Positions 40,751 through 52,686 of a DNA stretch of 64,000 nucleotides are shown here, in pieces; positions within the stretch are counted from its first letter, which is position 1, and each line of letters begins with the position of its first letter. Below the pieces are notes generated by a model. That model made no database searches, was not told the origin of the DNA, and saw only the letters and a program-made list of their open reading frames with translations. The stretch covers positions 3,100,001 through 3,164,000 of the forward strand of contig JAQFVV010000002.1 of assembly GCA_028023455.1 (NCBI GenBank), written 5' to 3'. The position numbers were made by a program, and so were the translations under genes. The DNA comes from Epiperipatus broadwayi (taxonomy: Eukaryota > Animalia > Onychophora).

Positions 40751-43548
40751 AATAATTTTTTATTCAAAATTACTTAATTCTTCACTGTTATTTCAGTGTA
40801 ATATAGAAAATATCTACAAAAATTTTTGTTGTTTATTTCTATATTTCTTTTTAACTTTATGTATATATGCACACACACTACAATGGTGTTATATGCCATG
40901 AAACACTGTAGAAGATAAATATATGCCTTATATATATCATATTTAGTATGTGTACATAGTAATACATGTGTATATATTGTAAATGAACTTCACTTAATAC
41001 ACATAATTTTACTTTAAATTAATATCACACATATAGTATATATACATCATTAGATATTTCTGCAATAAGTTAATATGAACTTATATTGTATATATTATAT
41101 TTAGTATGTGTACATAATTATATATATATATAATAAAAAGTAACTAAGTTTTCTATGTAAAATTGTTTGATAGATTTATTTTAATTTTAATTAAAAAACA
41201 AATGCCAAAGAAAAAAATTCATGATCATTTTAAATAATACATCTTTTGTAGTTTACCTCTTTTTTTAAAACAACTGTTTTAAAAAAAGTAAACACTATCA
41301 AACAATTTTAAATAAAAAAAGTCAGTTATTGATTTATTATACATATATAATTATAAAAAACCAATCAATTCAATAACAATCAACAATTTCAAACTATTGT
41401 CAAGGCAACCTCCTTTTAACAATAAAGGTCGAATTATATGCACAAATTAGATATGATATATACATTAAAGTTTACAATGGTTAAAAATGTTAAATTAAAA
41501 AAATAATACTGCCCTCCAGATTTTTTATTTAAAACAAATAAAAGTACTAAGAATAAATGTTAACTGTAATAAGTGAGATTATTGTTCCCTCCCTCTGTTC
41601 CATTTCTATCAAACTAGTTGACATACTGAAAAGATAAGTGTTTCAAATGGATTAGGCTGGTATAACTTAGTTATATATCAATTTTCAAACAAGTCTATTG
41701 AATTTAAATATATTAAACCTTGATTTTAAAATGTCATTCTAACTTGAAAAAGGTCAATAGTTAACAAATAAACAAACCAATTTTACCACTTCAATAAAAG
41801 CATTTAATAAAAGTAAAATGATTATAATCATTACAGTTATCATAAGATTTTTACATTATAAACAAAAATATAAGCTTACCATAATAAATTAGATGATTGA
41901 CATTAAAAAACATCATAGTCTTCTTTTTCAAGAACCATAACAGTTTTTGAGTCAGATATTAGTTTTTTTTAAAGCAAACTATATTATACATTTATAATAA
42001 ATAATAAAAATATATAATTCTAATTGTTGAAGGATATAGTATTGTCAAGTAAGAGATCAATGATGACTGAAGGTACAGGATGCTAATAAACTTTGAATTT
42101 GGAATCTGGGTTCCATGATGCAAACTTTTTAGTCATCTATAAATATAACTTTCAGATAAAAAAAGGTGTCTTAATTGAAAAGTTGCACATCAAACATTAA
42201 ATAGAAAACTGCTTTAAAGGCATATTCACCACAAGAATAAATAGAATAGTTTTTATTATAAATAATAGATGACAAACAATATACTGACTATTCATGATCA
42301 TTGGTTCCTATCATTAATTAACACTGTCATTTACTGAAAATCTTGGTTTCTTAAACCACTATCTTTTTTTTTCTCTATTGGATATTAGTTAAAATTTTGA
42401 GATCTTACTAGAGATGAAATGTTACTGATATAGGTTTTTTTGTTGTGGTAATAAAGTAATTATTTTAATTAACTATAATGAGATTTTGTTTTTCTTTTTT
42501 TTCCATTAGAAATTAAATCAATATTTTTTTTCTTTCTCAACAGCTTCATAATAAGAATAGTATCTGACTGAAATATATGTAAATATTTTAAATCATGTTG
42601 AATTCAAACCATATCTTCATCTAACTCCAAAGCAGATAAAAATGGAACCAATTTTGTCTTACACCCATGATATTTATTTATTAGGGAAGTTAACATGTAC
42701 AAAGACAATGATAATTTGCAAAATTGACATCATAACTATGACATTGTTTTTATAGTCTGATTCAAATTAACTTTAGTAATATTCTCTACACAGAATCTAT
42801 AATATTAATTTTAAGAATGTTATAGATTTCCAATTTATCATAAATATATAATAATTTAGGAAGAAATAAATTTCCTAATGCCATTTATATAAAATTTTAT
42901 TAATCAACTTGCCATATTATTGTTCAACTGCAAAACAAACAAATATGAATCTAAATTCATTTCAGACTGTGTTATTCATTTATTTATTTATTTAAGAAAC
43001 CAGTACAGACAATAAATTTCACAAATGTCATTGTATAAACTGATTTGCCTTCGAAATAAATAATTTGGTCATAGGCAAATTTGGCTTTATTTTTGTCTTT
43101 TTTACAGTTTGATGATGATGTAGTGATATGATTGATTCAATTTAATATTGAACGCACTTTCAGAGTTCATCTTGAAATTTCATCACTTCTTATAATATTA
43201 TATATTAATTGATATTTAATTACAATATTTTATTTATATATTTTAAACTTTTATTTAGATTCATCTTATTTAGCAGACATATACTGGATCTCTGAAATCA
43301 AATACTCATCAGTATTATATATGCATATGTAATACACAGTATTTATTATCAAACATGTAGAGAAAAAGTCCTGGCACTAAATGCTATCAATTGGTACAAT
43401 TAGAAACATCTGAACTAAAAATTTATATCAAATAGATGCCCTACTTAAATCTTGCAATCAATCAATTATTATAATTGCACCTGAAAATATATATGCTAAT
43501 TTGTACTAAATATATCAATGTTTTAAATCATTATTTATTTATTTTTAC

Positions 43549-43688
43549 CTGCTAGGATCATTAGGATTCAACCACATCATTTCAGCGTTTGTAAGATTGC
43601 TGGCATCAAAATCTCTACGGTAAAAGTTCTGACGACAGACACATTTATAAGAACCCCTCTTCCAACCATGTCCAGATAGAAAAACACA
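43549..43688 (-). CDS. CG31760-like: GPCR exon (ectodomain Cys-rich/EGF-like part): CVFLSGHGWKRGSYKCVCRQNFYRRDFDASNLTNAEMMWLNPNDPS
   Basis: tattttag| acceptor, AG|gtaaaa donor; 140 nt, phase 0 to 2; GWxRGxYxCxC motif of the family; joins in frame to 18972-19073. Confidence 0.9.
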
Positions 43689-44529
43689 CTAAAATAATCA
43701 ACAATATTTTTTAAACAATTATAAATGGGATTCTAATAAATATATGACTAGGATAAAGTAATAATAAGTACAGTTTGAAGTTTTTAAATAATTTTTTCAT
43801 TGCATTATAAATAATGTGTGTGTGTATGACTTAAAATTTAAAATCCAAAATTTATAAAATTGAATTAGTATTTAAATTATTATTACGTAAGTGCATATTT
43901 AATCTAAAATTTATATCTAAATATATAAAATATAACTATATAAATTTTTAAAAAAAGAACTAGAAAATTCAAATTATGGATATTTTTTTGTTGTTTATTT
44001 ATGACATTATGGATGTATTTTTTGAAAATATCAGTTGATTCATGTGAGTTTCTTATGTAATTTAATTCAATGGTAAAGTGGCAAGCCCCTGGAAAGAAGC
44101 TCAATCCATCACTTTAGAAGTTTACATACAGCATGATTTTCCAAATGATGAACTATTTGCTTAATGATAATAAATATCTTAGTTCTCTTTTTCCACATTG
44201 TTCCAATAAAACTAACTTCTTAAAGTATACTAGAGTTATTTACATTAATATGGAGATTTGTATAATAATAGTTTCATGAAATACATATTATTTTCAAAAT
44301 AGGTCATACATGTTTATATATCAACAATGGTAATTTTAAATAAATGTGTGCAAATAAAAAATTATTATATAATAACAATTATGAATTTATTTTCTTATAT
44401 TAAATGCCATTTTAAATGAAGTTTTAATGAATTCACAAATATTAATTGTAATCAATGAAAAATTATTTCTGAAGTGTAGTTTTCCCTACACCATTTTCAT
44501 GCAAGGTATGAACTGGTTTCTATCCGTTT

Positions 44530-44680
44530 TTAACACCTTGTGGAGGAATGTAATCATGTACGTATGACCAAAGACATGTGAAAAAGATTTATCATACCAT
44601 GATGCACATTTTGCGTAGAACCAGCATTTATCAGTTGGCCCAGACCATAATCTCTTACTCATATCTTTATCATTGTTCAG
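44530..44680 (+). mobile_element. Tc1-like transposase fragment
   Basis: CGGM...[13 protein letters not shown] resembles Tc1 VWGGI...IGPDFIL; homologous to 50450-50590(-) and 52150-52240(+). Confidence 0.5.
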
Positions 44681-44696
44681 CATATATATATATATA

Positions 44697-45249
<553 letters not shown>

Positions 45250-45283
45250 AACTATCTATCTATATATGTAATAATATTATAAA

Positions 45284-45985
45284 TTGATGTCTGTATTTCT
45301 CCAAAGCAATATCCAGAATATAATTAAATATTAGTAAATACAGTAATCAAAAATGTTGAAAACTACAAAAAATATAATTGTCACTTAGGAGAGCTTTTGA
45401 CTATCCTGATAGTCTTTGTCAACTAATACTTTGAAATGTTAACCTTCCCATAATTTTATGATCTTAACATTTGCTGCCTGCCTGTTGATTAAATCCTGCT
45501 TATATTTATCTATTAGCATAGTTTCCTTTATTTTCCTTTTATTATTATCTCTTTCAATGTGCAATATTTTATTATAATTGAAATTAAAACCATATATACA
45601 TGATTTATTATGTTAAAAATGGAAGCTGATACATTATTATTACCTTCGCAATTCTGTTTCATATTTTGAACCCTTTTTAATAAAAGCAAGTGCTCTTCAG
45701 TTCTTTTCTCCAATGTGCATCTTGATTCCCCTATATATCTGCTATTACACCTACATATCCATTCATAAACGATGCAATTTTTATTTATAAATGAGGTTTT
45801 ATCTTTAGACTTTTTATTAATTTATTTAATGTAAGAGATACGTAAAATGCAATGTCACATGTACCTTTATAAATTTTCCTTATGAAATTTGCTTGTTGAT
45901 TTGAAATATATGGTACTGATATCCAAATTTTATTAGTAGAAGAATCAACCTTACTATTAATATTTTTATTTTTATATTATATTGA
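45284..45985 (-). mobile_element. Penelope-like element 3' fragment, family A copy 3
   Basis: Reverse-complement homolog of about 49650-50300; ORF 45528..45713 is GIY-YIG; hammerhead-like motif at 45385-45426 (TTGACAA core). Confidence 0.9.
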
Positions 45986-46665
45986 GACAGTCAGCTTGTA
46001 CAATCTAATTGTTTCACCTACTATATTCTATAGTAGTATCCTTATATATATAAACACCACCAAATTCTCGTATATCTAATAAATAATACTATAAAAATCC
46101 ACCTAAATTTAGACTTAAATAAGTATAATCAAGCATGTGTGCATATATATTTACATATGTAAAGAAATATTCATTTATATAGACAGAAATCTCTACAATA
46201 CGCACATATATAATGTTAATAATTATTAAATGAAAAACGAGTTGTATGTGTAACTTTAGACTACGTATATGCTAGAAAACTAATGTTAACAGGATTTAAA
46301 ACATTAAATTTTCTTTATTTCGAAATATTTATTAAATTATTTATATTTGAAATTTCATAATTCTGCATATATCAGTAAATTATAATGGTTGAGTTACATA
46401 TATAACAAAATGTTTTCACCTATCTTAGATTTGTTTTTTTAGCCAAAATGATGCCAGAAGAATTAATCTTTCCCAGTATAAGAGTAATTAAAATTATATT
46501 TAGAATTAAAATTAGAAAGCTGCATAAATTACTGCATGTCAATGGGTTTTTTTGACCTAATTAAAAGTTGACACAGCAGGCTTCCGTGGTTCCTGGTAAT
46601 AAGCGAGTAAACTAAGAAAATGGACCTAAGAAAATAATATAATGAGGGAGAGGGGGGTGTATTGC

Positions 46666-46702
46666 TATATAAGCGATAGCAGCCATCTTTAAGATTTCAT
46701 TC
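46666..46702 (+). promoter_or_regulatory. Candidate Pol II core promoter (TATA plus arthropod-type Inr)
   Basis: TATATAAG (TATAWAAR) at 46666 and TCATTC (TCAKTY Inr) at 46697-46702, i.e. TATA about 33 nt upstream of the Inr A; GCCATCTT (YY1-like) between; ATG at 46754. Confidence 0.5.
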
Positions 46703-46753
46703 GGACACTAACATTCAATTTGCAATCTTAATTGAAGAAAGTTAATAATTAGC

Positions 46754-46937
46754 ATGTCGGGGTAATAGGCTGAAAATCTTGCCTCCTGCCACTGCTGAAG
46801 AGCTACCTGAAGCGGAGAGATATGAATTAACCACCGTAACCCTTAAAGAGGTCCCGCAAGAAAGAAATAACTGGTCAGCATGGAAGAGAGAAGAGGAAAT
46901 GGTAAATAATCCTTCAATTCAAAAGACTTTCAACTAA
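46754..46937 (+). pseudogene. Short 60-aa ORF of unknown family broken by one extra G: MS-GNRLKILPPATAEELPEAERYELTTVTLKEVPQERNNWSAWKREEEMVNNPSIQKTFN
   Basis: ATG TCG G|GGT AAT AGG...; 58 open codons 46761-46934, stop 46935-46937; GC-rich relative to background; directly behind the promoter candidate. Confidence 0.4.
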
Positions 46938-48019
46938 ATCCATAATTTTCTAAAATGCTAGCTTAAATCTTAACCTAATGGCCATAATAATAATTTAAAC
47001 TAAACTCATATAAATGTAAATTTTATTTTGTTTTATTTCAATCTTAAAATCTTGTCTAAAATTAGAAATGATTTAGTAACTTTATTTTAAACCCTAAAAT
47101 CTTGCCTGATTTATAAACCTATTTATTTTATGATTCGTTAAATAATTCATTAACAGATTGATTTATTATTCCAAAACCTGAGTTATTTCTATTGAGAACT
47201 CATTTCATTTATTAAATTGATTTTATGTTATTATGTATTGGTTTACTTGTAGAAATTAATGATTGATTTAGTTACATATTAGTCTTATTCTAAGTAATTA
47301 AATGCTATTCAATTTGAACTTGCTAAAATCTAGAATTTAAATGTTTTATATAAATTTAGTCATGTATAATACCTGATGATCTGTTTTAAAATAATTATTA
47401 AAATTGTTAAGTTAATTTATATATGTTAAGTTAATGATAATCTTTGCCGTCATTAATCTTATAAACTTAGAATTATAGAAACTGAGTCAATCCCATTTCA
47501 GCGAATGTCGCATAACCCTAATTTTAAACTAAGCAAATTGCAGATTTCACTTGCGTGAAAATTTCATCGTATTTTAAATATTGCATTTCTTAATTAAATC
47601 TATGCCAAATCTTATTATTTTAGTTATGTTATATTGTTTATCCTATAAACATTCAAAACCGAGCTTTATTCATAATTAAACCATTAGCGAGAATTAAATA
47701 AAGATTCTCACGCATATATATGTCATTTCGCGTATATATGTAATACATGTAATAATGCACAAACTAAAAAGCTCTGTTTTGAAACGGATAAAATATCTTG
47801 AATTAGATATAATTACAAGTGTACCATTATTCTAAAATAGATTTATTTAAATATAATATTTTACCAATATTCAGTTGAAGTGATGAAATCCAGCATAAAT
47901 TTATAATTCTGTATTTTAATTTCCCCATATGCTATAATCCTCCTAAGTAAATAAAAGCATATATAGATAGCTTTGTAAATTGGATTCCTAAACTTTCCTA
48001 AATAGTATTATTAAAAGTA

Positions 48020-48504
48020 CTATAATATGAACTGATATAGGGTAGTTTCATGAAGGAAACTCTTAATTAGCGGTCGTAATTTTATGATATGATATGATAA
48101 TGTGGTCAGCGGTGCATATGTGTCCTTAAGAAATGCTACGGCATAACTCACTTGTTGCTGTACTTCTTTACTGGGCATACGTGTTAGGGCTACTCCAGTA
48201 CATTTAGTTTGGGCAATTTCCTTCTTCAGATGGTGACTGATACACGCCAACCCATTCTGCATCTTTTATAATGGAGCATGAGACTCACCCAGAGCATAAG
48301 ACTCCCACATAATATAAATTGCTCAATCCTCCGGACTAAAAAGGCCTCCTCTATCACAGCAATGAGATCGGTTAAAGGGAACCAGTACTTGGTACGAATC
48401 CCATGAGTAAGGCACATATGAGATGCAAAAAGACTTAGAATTGTATGTTTCTATATGCATTAGTATCTGAAGTCTAGCTCCCAATAATCAGTTCATCCCG
48501 CCAT
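48020..48504 (-). pseudogene. Disrupted ORF of unknown family (131 aa from Met 48417 if one A is removed; about 160 codons from ATG 48504 with three stops)
   Basis: ORFs 48226..48417 and 48020..48262 join at CAT TAT AAA AG ATG CAG (one extra A in an A-run); the upstream frame continues through 3 stops to ATAATGGCG. Confidence 0.45.
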
Positions 48505-48756
48505 TATAATTATTATTTCAGTTTGATCTGAATTAGAATCCAGTTTTAAATGTATATTAACTATGTAGAGAATATATTAATTATTCATGCTAGATAAAAT
48601 ATGTTCTTTATTAAAATTTATAGTCACTTCCACTATCTATTAAAGCAAATCTAAATCCTATTATAGCATAAACTAGGCATAGATAACCATGAGCAAAGTC
48701 ATTTCGTTATAAAATAATATTAAGCTCATGAAAATATAACTGTATTATAATTTCAT

Positions 48757-49040
48757 TACCTGCGAGTGATAGCTTCACATATATAGCTAAATAAATGAAT
48801 TAATTGTAACCTAAAATTTACAATCACCTGCGAGTGATTTGATGCTATATATATAAACCGGAAATACGTAAACCTTGAAAACTAATATTTGTAACTAGAA
48901 ATTTATAGTCACCTGCGAGTAATTTGATCTATATATGTAAACCAGGTCATATAAACTCAGCTATGCAAATTTACTTCTAAAACCCATCACTTGCCTGTGA
49001 ATCCCGATTAATGTAAACATCCCTTAATCACCTGCGTGTG
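48757..49040. repeat. Five spaced copies of (C/T)ACCTGCGAGTG-like motif (GCAGGTG on minus strand)
   Basis: Copies at 48757, 48825, 48910, 48988, 49029; the first three are followed by related TATATA-containing spacers. Confidence 0.85.
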
Positions 49041-49470
49041 AGATCAGACACATAGCCATTGCAATATTGTTTTAAATTATTGTTTTCATATTTTAAATTC
49101 ATTAAATTAATTTTAAATTTACTCTTGCTTCATGTCTTAGTCTTGCTCACCGACTCATAATTATTTAATATTTAATAATCATTTTATCATTATTTATTAA
49201 AATATTTTCAATGTTTACTAGTCACATGATAGCTATATAGTTGTGCTGAATAGAACGCCAATTTTTCACAGTCTTTTGTTCTACTGATGTGCTACTGCTG
49301 GCATGTGAAGAAAGGAAATACTGCTGTGACCTCAACTGTGTCATCCGCAAGATAGTAAGTCTATGAGCAATGGTAGAGGAACTAAGGTTGGGCCAGAGTC
49401 ATGGCTTCCACCACCGTAAACCTGGTCGGCCTTAGGATGATCTATCAAAGTTCTAGATTTTGTTTCGCGA

Positions 49471-50310
49471 ATGTACATATTTGACCGTTACAATATTAAA
49501 ATGGTAGGTTTGAAGTCCTTCTTATTTAGAAATGATAATCTTTGTAAATATTCATTGAATAAAAGCAAAAATATTGATATTTATTGTAATGATTTATTAA
49601 CTATTGGTTATAATTATAATCATATTTATAATACTATTAAAAATTTTAATATGAAATATAAATATAAATATATTAATAATAAGATTGATTCTTCTACTAA
49701 TAAAAAAATTGGATATCAATACCATATATTTTGAATCAACAAGCAAATTTCATAAGGAAAATTTATAAAGGTATATGTGACATTGCATTTTATGCACCTC
49801 TTACATTAATTAAATTAATAAATAAGTCTAAAGATAAAACCTCATTTATAAATAAAAATTGCATCATTTATGAATGGATATGTAGGCATGGGGGTGGATA
49901 TATAGGGGAATCGAGATGTACATTGGAGAAAAGAACTAAAGAGCACTTGCTTTTATTAAAAAGGGTTGAAAATACGAAACAAAATTGCAAAGGTAATAAT
50001 AATATATCAGCTTCCATTTTTTATGACGATAATAGATCATGTATATATGGTTTTAATTTCAATTATAATAAAATATTGCACATTGAAAGAGATAATAATA
50101 AAAGGAAAATAAAGGAAGCTATGTTAATATATAAATGTAAGCAGGACTTAATCAATTGGCAGGCAGCAATAATTAAGATCACAGAATTATGGGAAAGTTA
50201 ACATTTCAAAATATTAGTTGACAAAGATTACCAGAATAGTCGAAAGCACTCCTAAGTGACGATTATATTCAAAATTTTTGATAACTTTATTTACTAATAT
50301 GTAATTATAA
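49471..50310 (+). mobile_element. 5'-truncated Penelope-like element, family A copy 4: RT thumb, linker, GIY-YIG endonuclease, 3' pLTR
   Basis: KMVGLKSFLFRNDNLC...LLTIGYNYNHI resembles PLE RT C-terminus; NCIIYEWICRHGGGYIGESRCTLEKRTKEH is a GIY-YIG motif; hammerhead-like motif at 50214-50255. Confidence 0.92.
50214..50255 (+). ncRNA. Hammerhead-like motif, U3-A8 variant (family A copy 4)
   Basis: TTAG-TTGACAA-A-GATTA-CCAGAA-TAGTC-GAA-AGCACT-C-CTAA, 13 nt after the GIY-YIG stop codon. Confidence 0.65.
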
Positions 50311-50334
50311 GATTCCATATATATATATATATAT

Positions 50335-50394
50335 ATGTCATATTATTATTACTATTTGCGGGATATTCCGCAAATAGTAATAATAATATGACAT
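50335..50394. repeat. Perfect 27-bp hairpin, 6-nt loop
   Basis: atgtcatattattattactatttgcgg-gatatt-ccgcaaatagtaataataatatgacat. Confidence 0.96.
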
Positions 50395-50449
50395 CTTTTA
50401 TCCGTGAAAATATTAGAATTAATATATATATACTGAATTATAATAAATA

Positions 50450-50590
50450 TATGCATAAGAGATTGCAGTTTAGGTCAACTGATGAGTGCTGGTTCAGTAT
50501 GAAATGTGTATTCTGGGTATCATAGATCTTTTTCATGACTTTGGTCATATGTATATGATTACATCCCTCCACAAGTTTTTAAAAGTGGAT
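50450..50590 (-). mobile_element. Tc1-like fragment homologous to 44530-44680
   Basis: Minus strand ttgtggagggatgtaatcatatacatatgaccaaag...gaaccagcactcatcagttg aligns with 44539-44640. Confidence 0.55.
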
Positions 50591-52149
50591 AGAAACAGTC
50601 CTTACCTTGGTGTAGTAAAAATTACACTACAAAAATATTCTATATTGGATAATCTCTAGTCTAATGAATGCCTAATAGAGATGAGAAATTATATTTATAA
50701 ATATAAAGCGATATAACAAAATTTTAATATATTTTGAACAAATCTGATACTTCTGTAACATAAAAATTAACAATACAGTGTCTGATACTGCATATGTATG
50801 TTTTAGCTATAAAAAAAAATTTTTTTTGGGGATGTGCGGCCTTCTTTACATTAATATAAGATAATAAATATAATGTAGTCAGTATTAAACATACATGATT
50901 TTCTTATGGGAATATACATGTAGACGTAGTATATATATGACTTACAAATAAAAACTCAAATAATACTTAAAAAATGTAATGGCAAAAAATTATATTCAAG
51001 TTGTACTTAAGATATAAGAATACATTGCCGTAAAAAATACTAAATACAATAGTATATAATGATTGTTGTATATTCCGATTTCAGAAATGCTCATCACTTC
51101 TTCATATTCACAAATGTATTACATTCATTTCTTTGTGAAAATTAATAATTACATCAGAAAAATCAAATATCTTTGCCTTACCATCATTGAATTTGTAGCT
51201 ACAGTAATAAGATACATACATTACAGTTAAAATTAAGTTTTAGTTATCTATATTTATTTATTAATATTTTATTTGTATTAATTTTTTATGTGTGTTTTTA
51301 AAATATTAATATTTTGTGTTACATTATCTCTTTTAAACTTTTTTATCCATCTTTTCTATCAAAGTGTTTTCATTTGCTTTAAAAAGGAAAGTAAATTAGT
51401 TTAGAGCAATTTATATATTCTTAAACCCTTTATTTCACCACATCCGCTTGAAAATAATAAAATCAAAAAAGCAAATGATCTCCAAGATGTATTTTGTATA
51501 GAATCAGCACTCTTCAGTTGATTCACATGATTTAGTAAATTATTACAATTTGACTTCAAATATCAAATGTTTGCATTTTCAGATTTGCCACTATCCACTT
51601 TAGATAAATATATTAATGATTATTACCAATCATTTATAAAACAAGATATTATATCAAACATTAAAGTTAATTAAAAATTAATACATGTTATTTTTATTAT
51701 AAACAACTATATGGAGACTTAATCTAATGCTAATATAGTAATTTGACATGAATAAATAGTAAACAAATTATAAAAGATATGTGAACAAGAAGATGTGAAC
51801 TGGGCAATATGAAAAATGCTACTTCGATATAAAATGCATCTTGAAAATTATTTGCTTTATTCAGATGTTTTTATTCATATTTTTCAAGTAGGTGTGGTGA
51901 AATAAAAGTTGAAGATTTTGAGAGTATATCTAACATATTATACATAATTGAACAGAACTAATTGGACCTCCTATTGAGCTATGTAACCATAAAATTAACT
52001 ATAAAAATAGAATAATAATAAATCTATATTATTTAAGTTTAGTTTATTAAAATATATATGATATATAGGGTATATGAGCACAGACTTTCACACAACCCAC
52101 CACTCTCCACACTATCTCATAACACTGATACACTTGAACACATACATGT

Positions 52150-52380
52150 TTAAAAGATAAATAATCACCAATATATGTATTTCATGCTAAACCAGCAATC
52201 ATCAGTTGGTCCAGATTACCATCTCTACACATATATGCTATAATTTCTCAGATATATATTAAGATAGCCAAACCTCATACTTTAATGGACAGGCTTCAAT
52301 CCACTCTACCCTCCAACTCTTCAACTATCCATCCAATTGAAAATCTGATGAAGGAATGTATGGAGTTTTATTCAAATGGC
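52150..52380 (+). mobile_element. Tc1-like transposase C-terminal remnant
   Basis: NQQSSVGPDYHL followed by PSNSSTIHPIENL (Tc1 WPxxSPDLNPIENLW). Confidence 0.5.
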
Positions 52381-52590
52381 ATGTGGTTATTTTTTATAAA
52401 ATAATATATATTAGTCTTTAATTAAGTTTAAAAGTGCATATCTGTACTAAAATTGATAAGATAATATCTAGCATTGTAAATAATTAGTAATAATCATTAT
52501 CATGTTTATATAAAGTTGTGTCAAATGTGTTAATGTAAGAAGTTTGACGTTTGTAAATCAAACTGTAGTAAAATATATAATTTCTAAAAA

Positions 52591-52686
52591 GTGAAGAATA
52601 GTTTTACATATGCTTGTAATTATATTATTATTAAACAAATTGTGTAAGTGTAATATAATTTACAAGCATATGTAAAAATACTTCAC
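52591..52686. repeat. Fold-back: ~37-bp arms
   Basis: gtgaagaatagttttacatatgcttgtaattatatta versus taatataatttacaagcatatgtaaaaatacttcac. Confidence 0.85.

Larger units (their letters stand above)
710..43688 (-). other. CG31760-like: Partial multi-exon gene: class C GPCR, GPR158/GPR179 family (CG31760-like); 7 exons visible, 5' and 3' parts not found in window
   Basis: Spliced translation: CVFLSGHGWKRGSYKCVCRQNFY...SCQACSPGCDTCVDETPCW...RIPLLAISVACILFTMCLVGFVYKFRKIKVIKVASPIFLCLTILGAIIMYSEMAAIFP...[52 protein letters not shown]...[48 protein letters not shown]. All introns are GT-AG and phases match. Motifs recalled from CG31760-type receptors. Confidence 0.93.
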
